From Octopus vulgaris (taxonomy: Eukaryota), in contig OX597817.1 in NCBI GenBank assembly GCA_951406725.2, positions 46,314,001-46,378,000 on the forward strand: 64,000 nucleotides of DNA, written 5' to 3'. The notes under the pieces are model-generated. The model was not told the DNA's origin. It worked only from the letters and a program-made list of their open reading frames with translations, and made no database searches. A program made the position numbers and the translations under genes. Positions 39,091 to 52,489 of the stretch are shown here, piece after piece. Position 1 is the stretch's first letter. Each line of letters begins with the position of its first letter.

Positions 39091-39617
39091 ATGTAGCAAT
39101 TGGTAAAGAAATTGATACGAAAGAAATATTTCAGACATTGAGCAGAAATGTAATGATAAAACAAGATGGAGGAAGAAATTAGAATCGAATCCGAAACATA
39201 CATGTTTATTGGAATGCAAATTGTGTGTGTGTGCATCTGTATGCGTGTATCTTTACGTATATATAAGTGTGTGTATGCGTGTCTGTCCGCCCGTGTATTT
39301 TGCGTGTGTGTCTGTGTGTGTGAGAATATGCACGTATGTGTGAGAGTATGTGTTCATGAAACCGGTTTGCGTGTGTTTGGGCGTGAGGGGAGTGTTTGCG
39401 TGTTTGTGTGTGTGTGTATATGTGTGTGTGCTCCTCTGAAATACCAAGAGAAATATACAGAGCAAAAGCACAGAAAAACAAAAAATAACTTGTTTGTAAG
39501 GAGGAGTGCTAAGGTAGGAGGAGAAATTGAGAAATGGAGAGAGTAGGTAGTGAACTGGCCGAAAGATCAATAGCAACAGGGAAAAATAAAGAAGCAAGAA
39601 ATATAAAAATAAGAAGA

Positions 39618-39690
39618 TGAAGAAGAAGAAGAAGAAGAAGAAGAAGAAGAAGAAGAAGAAGAAGGAGGAGGAAGAAGAAGAAGAAGAAGA
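39618..39690. repeat. (GAA)n microsatellite (similar tracts at 45620-45730 and 61975-62047)
   Basis: Direct observation. Confidence 0.95.
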
Positions 39691-41043
39691 AAAGCAACAA
39701 CAACTATAACCTCAGCAACAAAAATCACACGGGAGAAACGTCAAGGAGAAGGAGTCAAAGAGAAGCAGAAAGAAATAGAGAAATGCTGAAAGCATAAAGG
39801 AGAGATTTGAAAGAAAGAATTAATTAACTAATAGATTGATTGGTTGATTTATTGATTAATTAAATTAACAGTGGTGAAGCTAGAAATACAATGGTGACTG
39901 AACTCTGATAGAAAGAAACCTGGAGAAAGATTGAAGTAAAAGAGTTGTTGATTTTCGACTGAAGGAATTCGATATGGTCAATATAATTTAAGAAATTCTT
40001 TCGAGGTAGGATTCTACCTCACCACAATATTGTTTTGGATCTTCAATTTGCTTGAATACATGTAAAGTTAAAGAGGAGGCATAGGTTGGAACTGTAGAAT
40101 ATAGCAAAGCATTAGTGAAATCACGAATTTATCGGTGAATCAAAATCAAGCTTATGGACAAAAGTTAATCTCAGGTTTCACCAGTGAAGGATAGTTGGCA
40201 TCAGCTTTATCGAATTGAAAATGTGAGCATCAGTGTAGGGTATGGGCTAAGATCTACCTTAGTCTTATCCAACGAACTAAGTATAGCTTAATCTTTAACC
40301 AGTGTGTAAATGTTAGCTTGAAGTTCATCCAGCGCTTAATCTTGAGCCAGTGGGTAAATGTTAGCTTGAAGTTCATCCAGCGACGAAGTCTAGACTCAGC
40401 TTAAATCAATTGACCAATGGTGGCCTTAGCTTTAAACAATGCACTAAAGCCAGCCTCAGTTTTGTACAGCGAACGAAATCTATTCTTTTCATCGAGTGGA
40501 TGGAGGCTGCGAGCTAGCAACACCTTTAACGCGACGGGTAAAATGCTGTGCAGCGTTTCGTCCGTCTTTACGGATTGAACTCAAATTTTGCCGAGGTCGA
40601 CTTTGCCGTTCATCTTTTCTAGATCCATAAAATAAGTATCAGCTAATCACTGCCGTCGATGCAATCGACTTACTCTCTCCTACCCACCATACAAATTTTG
40701 AAATCAGTATTTTTAGTGTGGACGAATGTTAGCTTGGAGTTTATCAAATGAACAAAATCTAGTCTCAACAGTAACCAGCGGGACATGGTCAGTTTTTTTT
40801 TCTGCTGCGCTATGTTTATCCTCAGTCCTAGCCAAGGATTAATGTTTAGTATCAGAATTATATAATGGGTTAATGATAGCTTAAATTTATTCGACATACC
40901 AAAATTAACATGGGTCTTCGCCAATTGAGCAAAGAATGTTATGTGCATCCTTCCTTGAAGCTATACACATTATTAAGACGCTTATCAGTCTGATACATAG
41001 TCTATCGAGTTGTTATGAGACATTAACAATAGGAATAACTTAA

Positions 41044-41445
41044 TTTACATTATTGACATTTGACGGATATTTGTCCTCATCTTGTTTGTTGTTAACACAA
41101 CGTTTCAGCTTATATACCCTCCAGCATTCATCAGGTATCTTGGGGAAAATTTCGAACTTGTTTTCTCATTCCTAAGGTATTTTTCGATGTTATTATTATC
41201 ATCATCATCATCATCATCATCATCATTATTATTATTATTATTATGCCCACGGGCATATGGCGTAGTGGTTAAGAGCGCAGGCTACTAACCCAAGATTCTG
41301 TGTTCGATTCCAGGCAGTGACTTGAATATTAATATATAGATAGATAAGATGTATCCGCCGAAACGTTGACAAGATGACAAATATCCGTCAAATGTAAATA
41401 ATGTAAATTATGTACACAATTCCTCATCTTTTAAATATAGAACTG
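41044..41445. mobile_element. TSD-flanked composite retroelement: inverted hammerhead-bearing copy plus a tRNA-headed copy
   Basis: 14-bp direct repeat TAGGAATAACTTAA at 41030-41043 and 41446-41459. tRNA-like head at 41245-41325. 41044-41110 is the reverse complement of about 41355-41410. Confidence 0.82.
41094..41139 (-). ncRNA. Minimal type I hammerhead ribozyme motif
   Basis: Minus strand GATAC-CTGATGAA-tGCTg-gagggtatat-aAGCt-GAAA-CG-TT-GTGTT. The paralogous plus-strand copy retains CC-GAAA-CGTT. Confidence 0.72.
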
Positions 41446-41807
41446 TAGGAATAACTTAAGTAGGAAAGTAGTACATTGTTGCAAGTTTGATTAACTATCG
41501 TTTGCCTTAAAATTCAGAGATCAATACCTCCAGATCAAGGAACAGTTTGAACTTATAGATGCAGTATTAGATACTTTACGTTTCAAGACAACACGAGATG
41601 GTCATAGATGGCATAATTTTACACGTATGTATGCTTGAATATTGGTTACTTTGATCTAAGAAAAACATCGACATTTTTACTAACACATCCACGAACATGA
41701 TCATCACGACTATTGTAAGCCTACCATATGTCCAATACCGACAATAGCAACAACAAGGCACCTGCAAATTCAAGAAATAATCACTCAGTGAAACACCTCT
41801 GAATATC

Positions 41808-42040
41808 TATTTCTTTACTACCCACAAGGAACTAAACACAGAGGAAAGAAACAAGGACAGACAAACGGATTAAGTCGATTACATCGTTCCAAGTGCGTAA
41901 CTGGTTCTTAATTCATCGACCCCGAAATGATGAAAGGCAAAGTCGAACTCGGCGGAATTTGAACTCAGAACGTAACGGCCGACGAAATACGGCTACGCAT
42001 TTCGCCCGGCGTGCTAACGGTTCTGCCAGCTCGCCGCCTT
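41808..42040 (-). mobile_element. Family M SINE, full-length monomer with a 17-bp TSD
   Basis: Flanked by AAA(C/G)ACCTCTGAATATC at 41791-41807 and 42041-42057. Confidence 0.92.
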
Positions 42041-44829
42041 AAAGACCTCTGAATATCACCCCGCCTTCGACAACACTAATCCCCTCCCGCCTTTTAACAC
42101 CCCATAGACCACCTCTGTCTCCATCAATAACAACAATAAACACATCTTCAACATAGCTGACACCACCACAATAATCAATCAGTACCACAATCACCGCCAT
42201 CATCGATGTAGCTCAATAGAAGACTAATTTTCTACATAGTTGACTAGCCTAATCGAAGCAAGATCGATAACCCTAATCGGTTTAGCAGCAGAAAGTCATG
42301 CCGTTTAATCTAATGCTAGCTTAGTCACAATGCTAGAGAACCATCAAATTGATTTTACATTTGCACTCATTTTCTAAGCAAATTTTTTATCTAATTTCTC
42401 AAAGTAGATGGTGTGTGTGTATGTGTCTGTGTGTGTGCGTGCAGATATGTGTGTGTGTATGTGTCTGTGTGTGTGCGTGCAGATATGTGCGTATGTATGT
42501 GTGTAAATGAACATTGGTAAAGGTGTGTACGATTGTGTGTGAATTTGTTTATGGGCATTCCTGAGTGCGTGTATCTCAGGGAAAGAATGTATGCTTGTGG
42601 TTTTATTCCTTTTCTCCGTCTTTTTTCAACGATTTCTACCTCAGCTTCTCTCTCCCCCATCTCTCTCTGCCTCCCTCACTTTGTTTCTTTATTTCTTCTG
42701 CCTTCCATATTTTCTTTGACCGCCATTTTTCTTCCTTTCTCGCTCATTTACTTTCATTTGTTATTCTTGTATTTTTTTCATGAGCTCTTTCTTTTGAACG
42801 GATTCTTATTCTTTATTTCATTCTCCCATTCTTTCATATTAACTTCTTGTTATTTATTTCTTCCTTAACATTCCATCTTCCTTTAATAAAAACTTCTATT
42901 CTTGTTTTTTCCTCCCTTCCGTTCAAACTAAATATTTCTTCATTCTTTTTTTCTTTATTTCATACAATTTTTACTTTTCTTCTTTTATCAATTTTTTTCA
43001 AGCTAATTTTTTCTTTATTTTCCTTCTTTAAAAATACCTTTTTATACGATATTTCTCTAATTCTTTCATACAAATATTTATTCCACTCTTACTCTCTTTC
43101 TTGATTTCATACCAATTTTCATTTTTTTTTTTCACTTTCTTTCGCAGTAACTCATCTCAATCGCTTCTTACTTCATCTCTTATTTTCATACTTTATATTT
43201 TTTTCATTCGTCTTCTCTTTAACCCTAAGATATTTTTCCTTGTATTCCTATCTCCCAGCGTCTTCCTTTCTCTTTCAATTCTCCCTCTGCCCCATCTCTC
43301 CTTCTGTCTCTCTATGTCTATCATCTATTCTCTCCTTTACACCGATATCTTCTATTTTATTCACTCCCTTTCATAAAAAAACTGTTTGTTTTTTAATACA
43401 TTATTTTCTTTTCCCATTCTTGTTTCCTCAGATTATTTTTCTGTTTATTCAAGGCTGATAGATTGACAGTATTATTTGAGCGTCGCAGAGTTATTGCAAC
43501 CTTTTACGTTTTGAGTTCAAATCCCATTGAGGTGAACTTTGTATTTGATGCCTCTAGGGTCAATTATTGTCAAACACTGGACCACATTTAATCGACTAAA
43601 CTTCTGTCCCAAATTTCCTGTCTGATGTATATGTTAGAAACAAGTTACTCAAATATGAAGATGGTGATTAGCAAAATCCTTACACCATAATACACTATGC
43701 GATCTTGCAGTATTTCACTACAAACATTTATCTATTGATTTCAACTACCGCCGAATCATTTTCGGCCTTCGTCAGTCGATAGCACAACATACCAGTGAAA
43801 TTAGTCGTATCTTTTAATCACAGAATCTTTGGATTTGTGCTTTATTTAGAGCAATACATTTCCCACTTTTCAAACGTGTTTCTTATTTGCTTTTTCATAT
43901 CCCATTCATATTTTCTTATCCATTGTCAACTGCTCTTTTCTATAACTTCCTTCAAAATATTTCATTCCTTTGTAGCATCATCGCTTTTGTATGGCTCTTT
44001 CTGTCACTATTTGGACAATTTTCTTCTGGCTATACGATCTATGTTCAAATACTACAGCGGACGACTTTGCCGTTCATCCTTCGGAAATTAATAAAATAAG
44101 TAATAGCTGTGGACTGGGGGTATAATCGATTAGCTACTCTCAATCCCCCCCAAATATAATTGTAAGGATTCTGCCTGTAGAAGAAAGGATGTATTTCAAA
44201 TATTCAAGGCAGCGAGCCGGCAGACTCTTTAGCACGCCGGACACACTGGTTAGTAGCATTTATTTCTTCTTCTCATTATGAATCGTTAGGAGACCGGGCA
44301 AAATGTTTCTGTCGCATTTCGTCCGTCTTTACATTCTGAGTACAAAATCCGCCGAGGTTGAATTTGTCTTTCATCCTTTCGGGATCGATAACATAAGTAC
44401 CAGTTACGCACTAGAGTCGATACAATCGAAACCGACTTCAGTATCTCGTGACTGTGCAAAAATAACGATGGTTGATTGGTAGCTATTGTAGCTATGGTAT
44501 TTTCAAGTATGTTCAACCCAGCTACAAATGTTTCCAAACTATTAATTGCAGAGAAAGACTGCCTCGCTGGAGCGAACATGTAGTACATTCTCAAAATGGT
44601 TGGAAGATAGCTAAATTACAAAGGTAACCACATCCCACTCGCATAAACAGCGGATTGTCTTCCTAAGTAAGTGCTTTTTTTTTAGATCGTGTGTTACAAA
44701 CTAAGCAATAACAACATGGAAGACGCACTTAAACTATTCTAAAGTAAACCAAACAGACTCTGCTGATTTCACCTAATCACTTCATATTTGGTGTTAAAAT
44801 CTTCGTCGCTGAAACTGCGACCTGGTCTC

Positions 44830-45050
44830 TCTCTCTTTTACTCTTTTTCTTGTTTCAGTCATTTGACTGCGGCCATGCTGGAGAACCGTCTTTAGTCGAG
44901 CAAATCGACCATAGGACTTATTCTTTGTAAGCCTGGTACTTATTCTATCGGTTACTTTTGCGGAACAAAGTTACAGGGACGTAAACACACCAGCATCGGT
45001 TGTCCAGCGATGTTGAGGGGACAAACACAGACACACAAAAGCACACACAA

Positions 45051-45115
<65 letters not shown>

Positions 45116-45443
45116 CCGAAATTGCGAAGATGATCCGGTTCTTGACTGATGATTGAGGGCTTCGAATGTCCCGTCCGTGTTTTTTGTGTCGTCTTCTAAA
45201 CGTTTCACGTTCTTGTCCCAGTTTGTATATTTTTTACTTTTACATATATATATATATATATACATACATATACGTATATAAGACGGGCTTCTTTCAGTTT
45301 CCGTCTACCAAATCCACTCACAAGGCTTTGGTCGGCCCGAGGCTATAGTAGAAGACACTTACCCAAGGTGCCATGCAGTGGGATTGAACCCGGAACCATG
45401 TGGTTGGTAAGCAAGCTACTTTCCACACACCCACTCCTACGCC
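44830..45443 (-). mobile_element. Family K SINE, full length, with a ~130-bp foreign insert in its internal microsatellite
   Basis: Tail at 44830-45040, insert at 45111-45243, head at 45280-45443. Confidence 0.9.
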
Positions 45444-47102
45444 TGACAGGTCACTGACAATTTTACTACGATTATTCTGAGATAAAGCTGTTGACCAGTA
45501 ACACATAGGATTCAGGGTTTCAAATACAGCTGTGATTTTCTTTATGTATTTCAATCATTCCGGCTGTAATCACGTGCTGCTGTTTCTTCTTCTCCACCTT
45601 CCCCTCCTCATTCTCCTCCTACTTCTTCTTCTTCGTCTTCGTCTTTTTCTTCTTCTTCTTCTTCTTCTTCTTCTTCTTCTTCTTCTTCTTCTTTCTTCTT
45701 CTTCTTCTTCTTCTTCTTCTTCTTCTTCTCCACTTCCTCCTCTACTGAACCGCTAAGTTACGGAACGTAAAATCACTAACACCGGTTGTGAAGCGGTGGT
45801 AGCGGACACAACAGAAACAAAGTCATGCACGCACTCACATATACACACACACTGACACACATATACACACAAACACACGTACTCACATCTTTTTTCTTTA
45901 ACCAGTTTGAGTCATTAGAATGTGGCCATGATGAAGAAATTTAAGTCGAATAAGTCGACACCAGTACATATTTATTTCAAGCATAATATTTGTTCTCTCA
46001 TTCTCTTTTGCCGAACCGCTTACTAACAGGGCGCATACACACCAACACCGATTGTCAGTCGGTGGTAGAGTGACTTATTCACGAATTACCAACACTAGCG
46101 CCCGTGAGGGTAATATTCTCTCGAACACACAAAAGCTCTTTTCAGAGTTATTTACTTTGAATTGTTATCATCTCATAACTTGTTAGCCTGTTATTACGTA
46201 ACATGCTTCATGATTTTAGTATACATAACATATAAGCATTCCCTCCAATTTTCGCTATATACACTGAGAATGCATGCAATCCCTTTTCGGGGGTACTTTA
46301 TTTGAATTCTTACTATCGGGTAACTAATTTCATGTTATTACATAACTGACTTTATAATTTAGGTATTCATAACTTCTAGGGAATTCCTAAAAACAAGATC
46401 CTGTGTAAGACAGTTCGATATTCTCTGTAAATGCACAAAACCCGTTTTAAGGTCTGCACACTTTGTTTTGTTGTTATTGGATTAGTGAAACAATTATGAG
46501 AACGGAGCTAAGGGATAATCCCCGCTTTAATGGAATTATCGGGTACTTCAGCTAGTACATTTATATATTTAAAACCTCTTGTAGTAGAACTGACTCGGTG
46601 ACTAGGTCGCAGATGATGCGAAGAAAATTTTGACACCAGTTAATAAATGATCAAACAAAACTAAGCGCGTATGTATGGGTTTTGAAAGGCTAATATAACT
46701 ATCCCTCGCCGTAAGTGGTATATGTATGTGTGTCTATGTATGTATGTATGTATGTATGTATGTATGTATGTATGTATGTATGTAGGTAGGTAGGTAGGTA
46801 GGTAGGTATGAATGTATGTATATATGTATGTATGTATGTACATATGTATGCATTGGTAGATATGCTTAGACCAGGTGGTTACAATGATTCGCAATAAGAT
46901 AGAGCTTTATCAGCGAAACAGTGTAAAGACACTTGATATTTACTGTCTTCTTAAATATAACAAGCTGTTACAACTCTTCCTGCCTTTGATCTCTCTCGTA
47001 GTAAAGTACATATATCTTTCGAAATACATTAATGTGTATCTGACTGCGTGTGAATGTATGTATGTCTGTGTGTGTTTCTCTGTGAGTTTGAGTGTGTGTT
47101 TC

Positions 47103-47697
47103 AGCTGGCAGAAACGTTAGCACGCCGGGCGAAATGTTTACCGGTATTTCGTCTGCCGTTACGTTGTGAGTTCAAATTCCGCCGAGGTCGGCTTTGCCTT
47201 TCATCCTTTCGGGGTCGATAAATTAAGTACCAGTTACGCACTGGGGTCGATGTAATCGATTTAATACCTATGTCTGTCCTTGTTTGTCCCCTCTGTGTTT
47301 AGCCCCTTGTGGGTAATAAAGAAATAGGTATTTCGTCTGTTACTACGTTCTGAGTTCAAATTCCGCCGAGGTCGACTTTGCCTTTCATTCTTTCGGGGTC
47401 GATTAAATAAGTACCAATTACGCACTGGGGTCGATATAATCGATTTAATCCGTTTGTCTGTCCTTATTTGTCCTCTCTGTGTTTTGCCGCTTGTGGGTAG
47501 TAATGAAATAGGTATTTCGTCTGCCGCTACGTTCTGAGTTCCAATTCCGCCGATGTCGACTTTGCCTTTCATCCTTTCAGGGTCAATAAATTAAGCACCA
47601 GTTACGCACTGGGGTCGATATAATCGACTTAATCCATTTATTGTCCTTGTTTGTTCCCTCTGTACGTAGCCCCTTGTTGGCAGTAAAGAAATAAGAA
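47103..47697 (+). mobile_element. Family M SINE head-to-tail trimer (184-bp unit)
   Basis: GTATTTCGTCTG unit starts at about 47144, 47328 and 47512, with a single 5' head. Confidence 0.92.
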
Positions 47698-48592
47698 ATG
47701 TAGGCTACCAGTAGGCATCGCTGAACTTTATGTCATTCAAGAAGAAGAGAAATTTAAGTTGATTCAGAAGATTGTTAATTGTAGTATCAATGGCTTTTGA
47801 GATGCTGGAAATGAATGCAATCAAGAGATATTTGACAGTCAAATTTGTTTGCCATCTTCGTAATGAAATACAATAAAACGTGTTTCTGACGACTTTAATC
47901 TACCCACTGGCAGAGAGAAAGAGAGAGAGAGGGAGGGGGAAAGTGCGTGTTCCGAGTATGTGCGTGTCAAAAAAGACAAAGAGTGCAGTATTTTGTGACC
48001 ATAATATAAGGGATGTCTATAGGGCACATTGTCTTCAAGGTAATGCCGAAGAATATTTCAGGATCTTTGGTCTGTTGATCAGAAGCATATCTGGACTTGG
48101 AGTAAATGTATGCGGCTATGATTTCGCAATTGGAAAAACTTGGTAAATACCAAAAATGTCTGGTTGCAGTTTGTGAGACGGGATGGTTTGTGTGACATAC
48201 CAGGCACAGAAATATTTTTCTCATGCTGATGGTCGTGTGACAGGTGTTGAAATCTTGGATAAAAGCTGCCCCTGCAAGTAGAAACGCGTTTCCCCAAGTT
48301 TTCTAAATCATGTATTTACTTCAAATTATATTTCACAATATAAACTAAAGCGGAAAGTGTTCCACACCATTTTATAACCTTCGTATTTTGTTTTTTGACA
48401 AACTAGGTGGCGGTGTGTTTGTGCGCTAAAAATCTTTTTTCCCAAACATGGTTTCGGATTTGTCGCACTGATAGGCACCTTGGGCTAGCGACTTATACTA
48501 TATCCTCGAGGCGACCAAATCCTTGTGAGTGGATTTACTCAGCGGAAACAGAATGAGGAACATTGTTTGTGTGTGTATATAAATATACATAC

Positions 48593-48815
<223 letters not shown>

Positions 48816-48981
48816 TATGTATGTATGTATATAATGCATAAATATATCCTGAAAGATTGATTTAAAATACATACGATATTTTATAGATATGTCTGTTCAA
48901 GTTTCATAAATAGCATGAAACTATTAGTAGCTCCTTCGGTTGTGTACTTAAAGTGATATATATATATATATGCTGAGCTGA

Positions 48982-49291
48982 GACCCCTTCGGTCATGACT
49001 GACCGTGGGATTGCACCTAGAAAGTTACTCTCCCAGGCACAAGTGCGGGCAAGTTTGTTTTATGGAAGACCAGCAGTCGCCCATTCATACCGGCCTACCC
49101 TCCCCACACAACCAGTGTTATCCAAGGGAAAGGCAAAAGCCGATACAGCTTGGCAACTCATTTCTACAGCTGAGTTAACTGGAGCAACGTGAAATAATGT
49201 GTTTTGCAGAAAACACACAACACGCTGCGCAGTCTGGGATTCGAACTCTCAACCTCACGATCGTAAATTCGACGCTCTAACCACTGAGCCA
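48982..49291 (-). mobile_element. tRNA-derived SINE (head A plus tail Y)
   Basis: TGGCTCAGTGG...AGTTCGAATCC, then CACGTTGCTCCAG as in 30729; tail GGTGCAATCCCACGGTCAGTCATGACCGAAGGGG as in 60519. Confidence 0.85.
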
Positions 49292-49301
49292 TATATATAC
49301 T

Positions 49302-49403
<102 letters not shown>

Positions 49404-49595
49404 GAAATATTAAAATTACTAAGTCTCTCTAAAAGAGATTACGGCAGCGTTACTGGAAATTAATTGTTATCGCCATATTAATATGGCAGTCTTATATATA
49501 TAAGACTAAAAGCTGTCGCTGATTAGCTCCATGAGGCCATCGACTTAAGATAGCTATTTGACACACAAACTGTGTCCATTATAACCTTCGAACAT

Positions 49596-50940
49596 TATAT
49601 GAAGTTGTGTTTGGAATTTTTCAATAAAGAGATTCTCCTTGTTAATTCTCTCATGTGTGGTGATCCCGTCTTTACATTGGTAGTAAAAAAAAACTCTTGA
49701 CAAATGCCAAACTTCACACACCACATCCACCCCCAGCAGTAAAAAAATGTGCACGCCCAAACTGTGGTACCTGCCCCCTCCTACTTGAAGGCTCTGAATT
49801 TACCTTCAAACAAGGTACGAAGTTTAAAATCAAAACTAACTTCTCCTGTTCCTCCGAGAACCTTATCTACGTTCTCACATGCGCTGGTTGCCAACATAAT
49901 TATGTTGGACAAACGAGTCTCCCGTTACGTAAACGAGTAGCGGTGCATAAAGAACAAATAAATCTCCCGGAATACAGACAAATTCCACTGAGTGACCACT
50001 TAGACTCATGCGCTAAAGACTTAAACCCCAAATTCTGTATATTCCCCTTCTACCAATGTAAAGCCGGGATCACCACACAAGAGAGAATTAACAAGGAGAA
50101 TCTCTTTATTGAAAAATTCCAAACACAACTTAATATACAAACTCCTCGTTGATCAAACTTCCCTTTTCTACCTCATTCTTCATGGATGGACTCACACAAA
50201 TATATAAGGATACCATAGATTCATCACTTCAAGCTAAAACTTATATTCTTTAAATATCATTTTTACTATTGTTGTTATTACCATCATTTTTATTATATAT
50301 GATATAACAATCTGAAATGTAATTATAAATTGGTCTATGCAAATTTATATAATTAGAAAATAATATAAATAAAGTGTTAAAATCTGAAAGTTAAGTTAAC
50401 GAACAATTATATAAAAAAGATAATACAAATGAAGCTAAAATGATAATTTTATAATTTGGGGTTTATTAGCAGCCTTTATTACAGGGGATTTTGTGAAACA
50501 AAAATTGAAGAACTCAAAAGAGTTGTCTCCCCTTATTCACAACACAGCAACTGAAGAACCACAATTACTACTACTTCCTGTTTTTGCCAACATCCTTAAT
50601 TAAACCAAACAACACATGGTCTTGATCCCATCGGATCCTAATACCTCAAGGTAACTTTTTCGTGAACAATCATAAAACTCAAGATACACAACGAACTCAC
50701 AAAGTATCGGAGTACTTATTTTTTAATTTTTGTACATATTTATTATTATTCTTTTGCAAAAAACAATGCAACTTTCTTTTTTCCCCTTTCTCATTTAAAA
50801 AAACAACTTTTGTTACATAACTATTCTTGATAAGTCACACTATGACGAAAACCGGTTTGAATAAATATATATTTATATATTTTTTCAATTTCTCATTTCA
50901 TTAAAATTTTCTTTCAATCTAGCATTCTGCATTTTTACAA
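49596..50940 (+). mobile_element. 5'-truncated Penelope-like element (Neptune-like): GIY-YIG domain, 3' pseudo-LTR and a 5' inverted fragment
   Basis: ORF 49697-50152 reads KKCARPNCGTC...FSCSSENLIYVLTCAGCQHNYVGQTSLPLRKRVAVH...ENLFIEKFQTQLN. 49596-49683 is the reverse complement of about 50050-50137. Confidence 0.9.
50822..50863 (+). ncRNA. Hammerhead-like motif in the PLE pseudo-LTR
   Basis: TATTC-TTGATAA-GTCA-cacta-TGAC-GAAA-ACCGGT-TT-GAATA: perfect stems I and II, palindromic stem III, variant core. Confidence 0.65.
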
Positions 50941-51037
50941 TTTTTCCTTGCTTATCATTTCTCCACGTGCGGTCAATACAACCCCACCATTTATTGATCT
51001 ATATACATATATATATACATATATATATACACATATA

Positions 51038-51137
<100 letters not shown>

Positions 51138-52449
51138 TGTATGTATGTATATATTTGTGTGTGAGTATGTGTAAATTTCTGTCCGTTTGTTTCCCGCCAA
51201 AGCTTGATGTCTTCACCTCCCCGTAAATTAGTGGTTCTACAAAATAGGCCGATAAAATAAGTACGACGCTTCAAAAATGGTAATTACTAAGGTCGCTCCA
51301 TTCGACTAAAAGTCCTACAAGGCGGTGCGCCAGCATAGCTGCGGTCTAGTGACTGAAACAAATGAAAATCCAAAGATAAATCATAAAACTATGACTACTC
51401 TGAGGGTTTTAGCTGAACACGGCAATTCAAGCTGTAAAAATACTAAGATATACTGCTTCTCTATAACGGACAATTGTTTATAAAATTAAGCGTAGTTTTT
51501 ACTAAACTTTCGAGCTGTGTCCAGATAAGATTGGCAGAGATTCCACATATCGGGAACACAATCAAATTCATAACATCATTAACAGTAATATCTAATAGAT
51601 ACTATGATTATATTTCACAGGAAATAGTGTAAAAAAGATTTGAATATAATGAGTAAATTATCGTATGTTATTATCTATTCTAAGAAAACCATATTAGAAA
51701 AAAAATATGTAAATAAGTTAATTAATAAAAGGGATATCTAAAGCCTCTGATGAAATTATTTCTATACGAGATTGAAATCTTAGCAATGGTATAGGAAGAG
51801 TTATATTTTTAATAAAGATATAGAATAAAGATTGATTTTAAAAAAATAAAAGTACATACAGATATAGAATCAATTACAATAATCACGAGGAAATAATTCC
51901 AGCCACTTATTATTTTTATTAATTATATTTTTCTGCGCATAATGTAATAAAATATATTTTATATTTTATTAACCTTTATTATGTGCTATTATTAAAATGG
52001 AACTTTCCATATGCCATTGTTGAAATAGCAATCACACAAGAAAATAATCGTTTTTCAGGGACCTTACTTACAGACTAGATTGATGAATATATTTGATTAT
52101 TTCTTTACATATAATCCTGCTTATAATTAATGAGAAAACATCCGCATATATTGAAATACTGCCACCCGATAACAGTAATCAAGTAAGAAATTTCGTTGTA
52201 TATAGTCTAGAAAAACTTTCAGAGTATATAGCATAGTTTTAATTAGCGATGTTATGAAACTCATTGTATTCACTAAATTTTTAATCTTTCCCTATGAAAT
52301 CTCCATAGCTTTCACAAATGTAATAAACTCTCTCAATTCATTTATATGTAAATTGTTCGTTAAGATATAGGTCGAAAGTTAGCTATCTATTATTGATGTT
52401 TGTAAAGCCGTCTTTCAGTAAAAATGCAAAACCACAATAATTCTTCTCA

Positions 52450-52486
<37 letters not shown>

Positions 52487-52489
<3 letters not shown>

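Noticed and set aside
41245-41325. Functional tRNA gene (and likewise the other tRNA-like heads)
   Set aside because: The acceptor stem is poor and the sequence is embedded in a TSD-flanked repeat; these are SINE heads.
47103-47697. CRISPR-like array
   Set aside because: Whole units are repeated with no unique spacers, there are no cas genes, and the context is eukaryotic.
47880-48297. Overlapping short ORFs in non-repetitive-looking sequence
   Set aside because: No motif or splice structure that I can support.
51742-51785. CTGATGA...GAAA candidate
   Set aside because: The stems are only A/T and likely chance in very AT-rich sequence.
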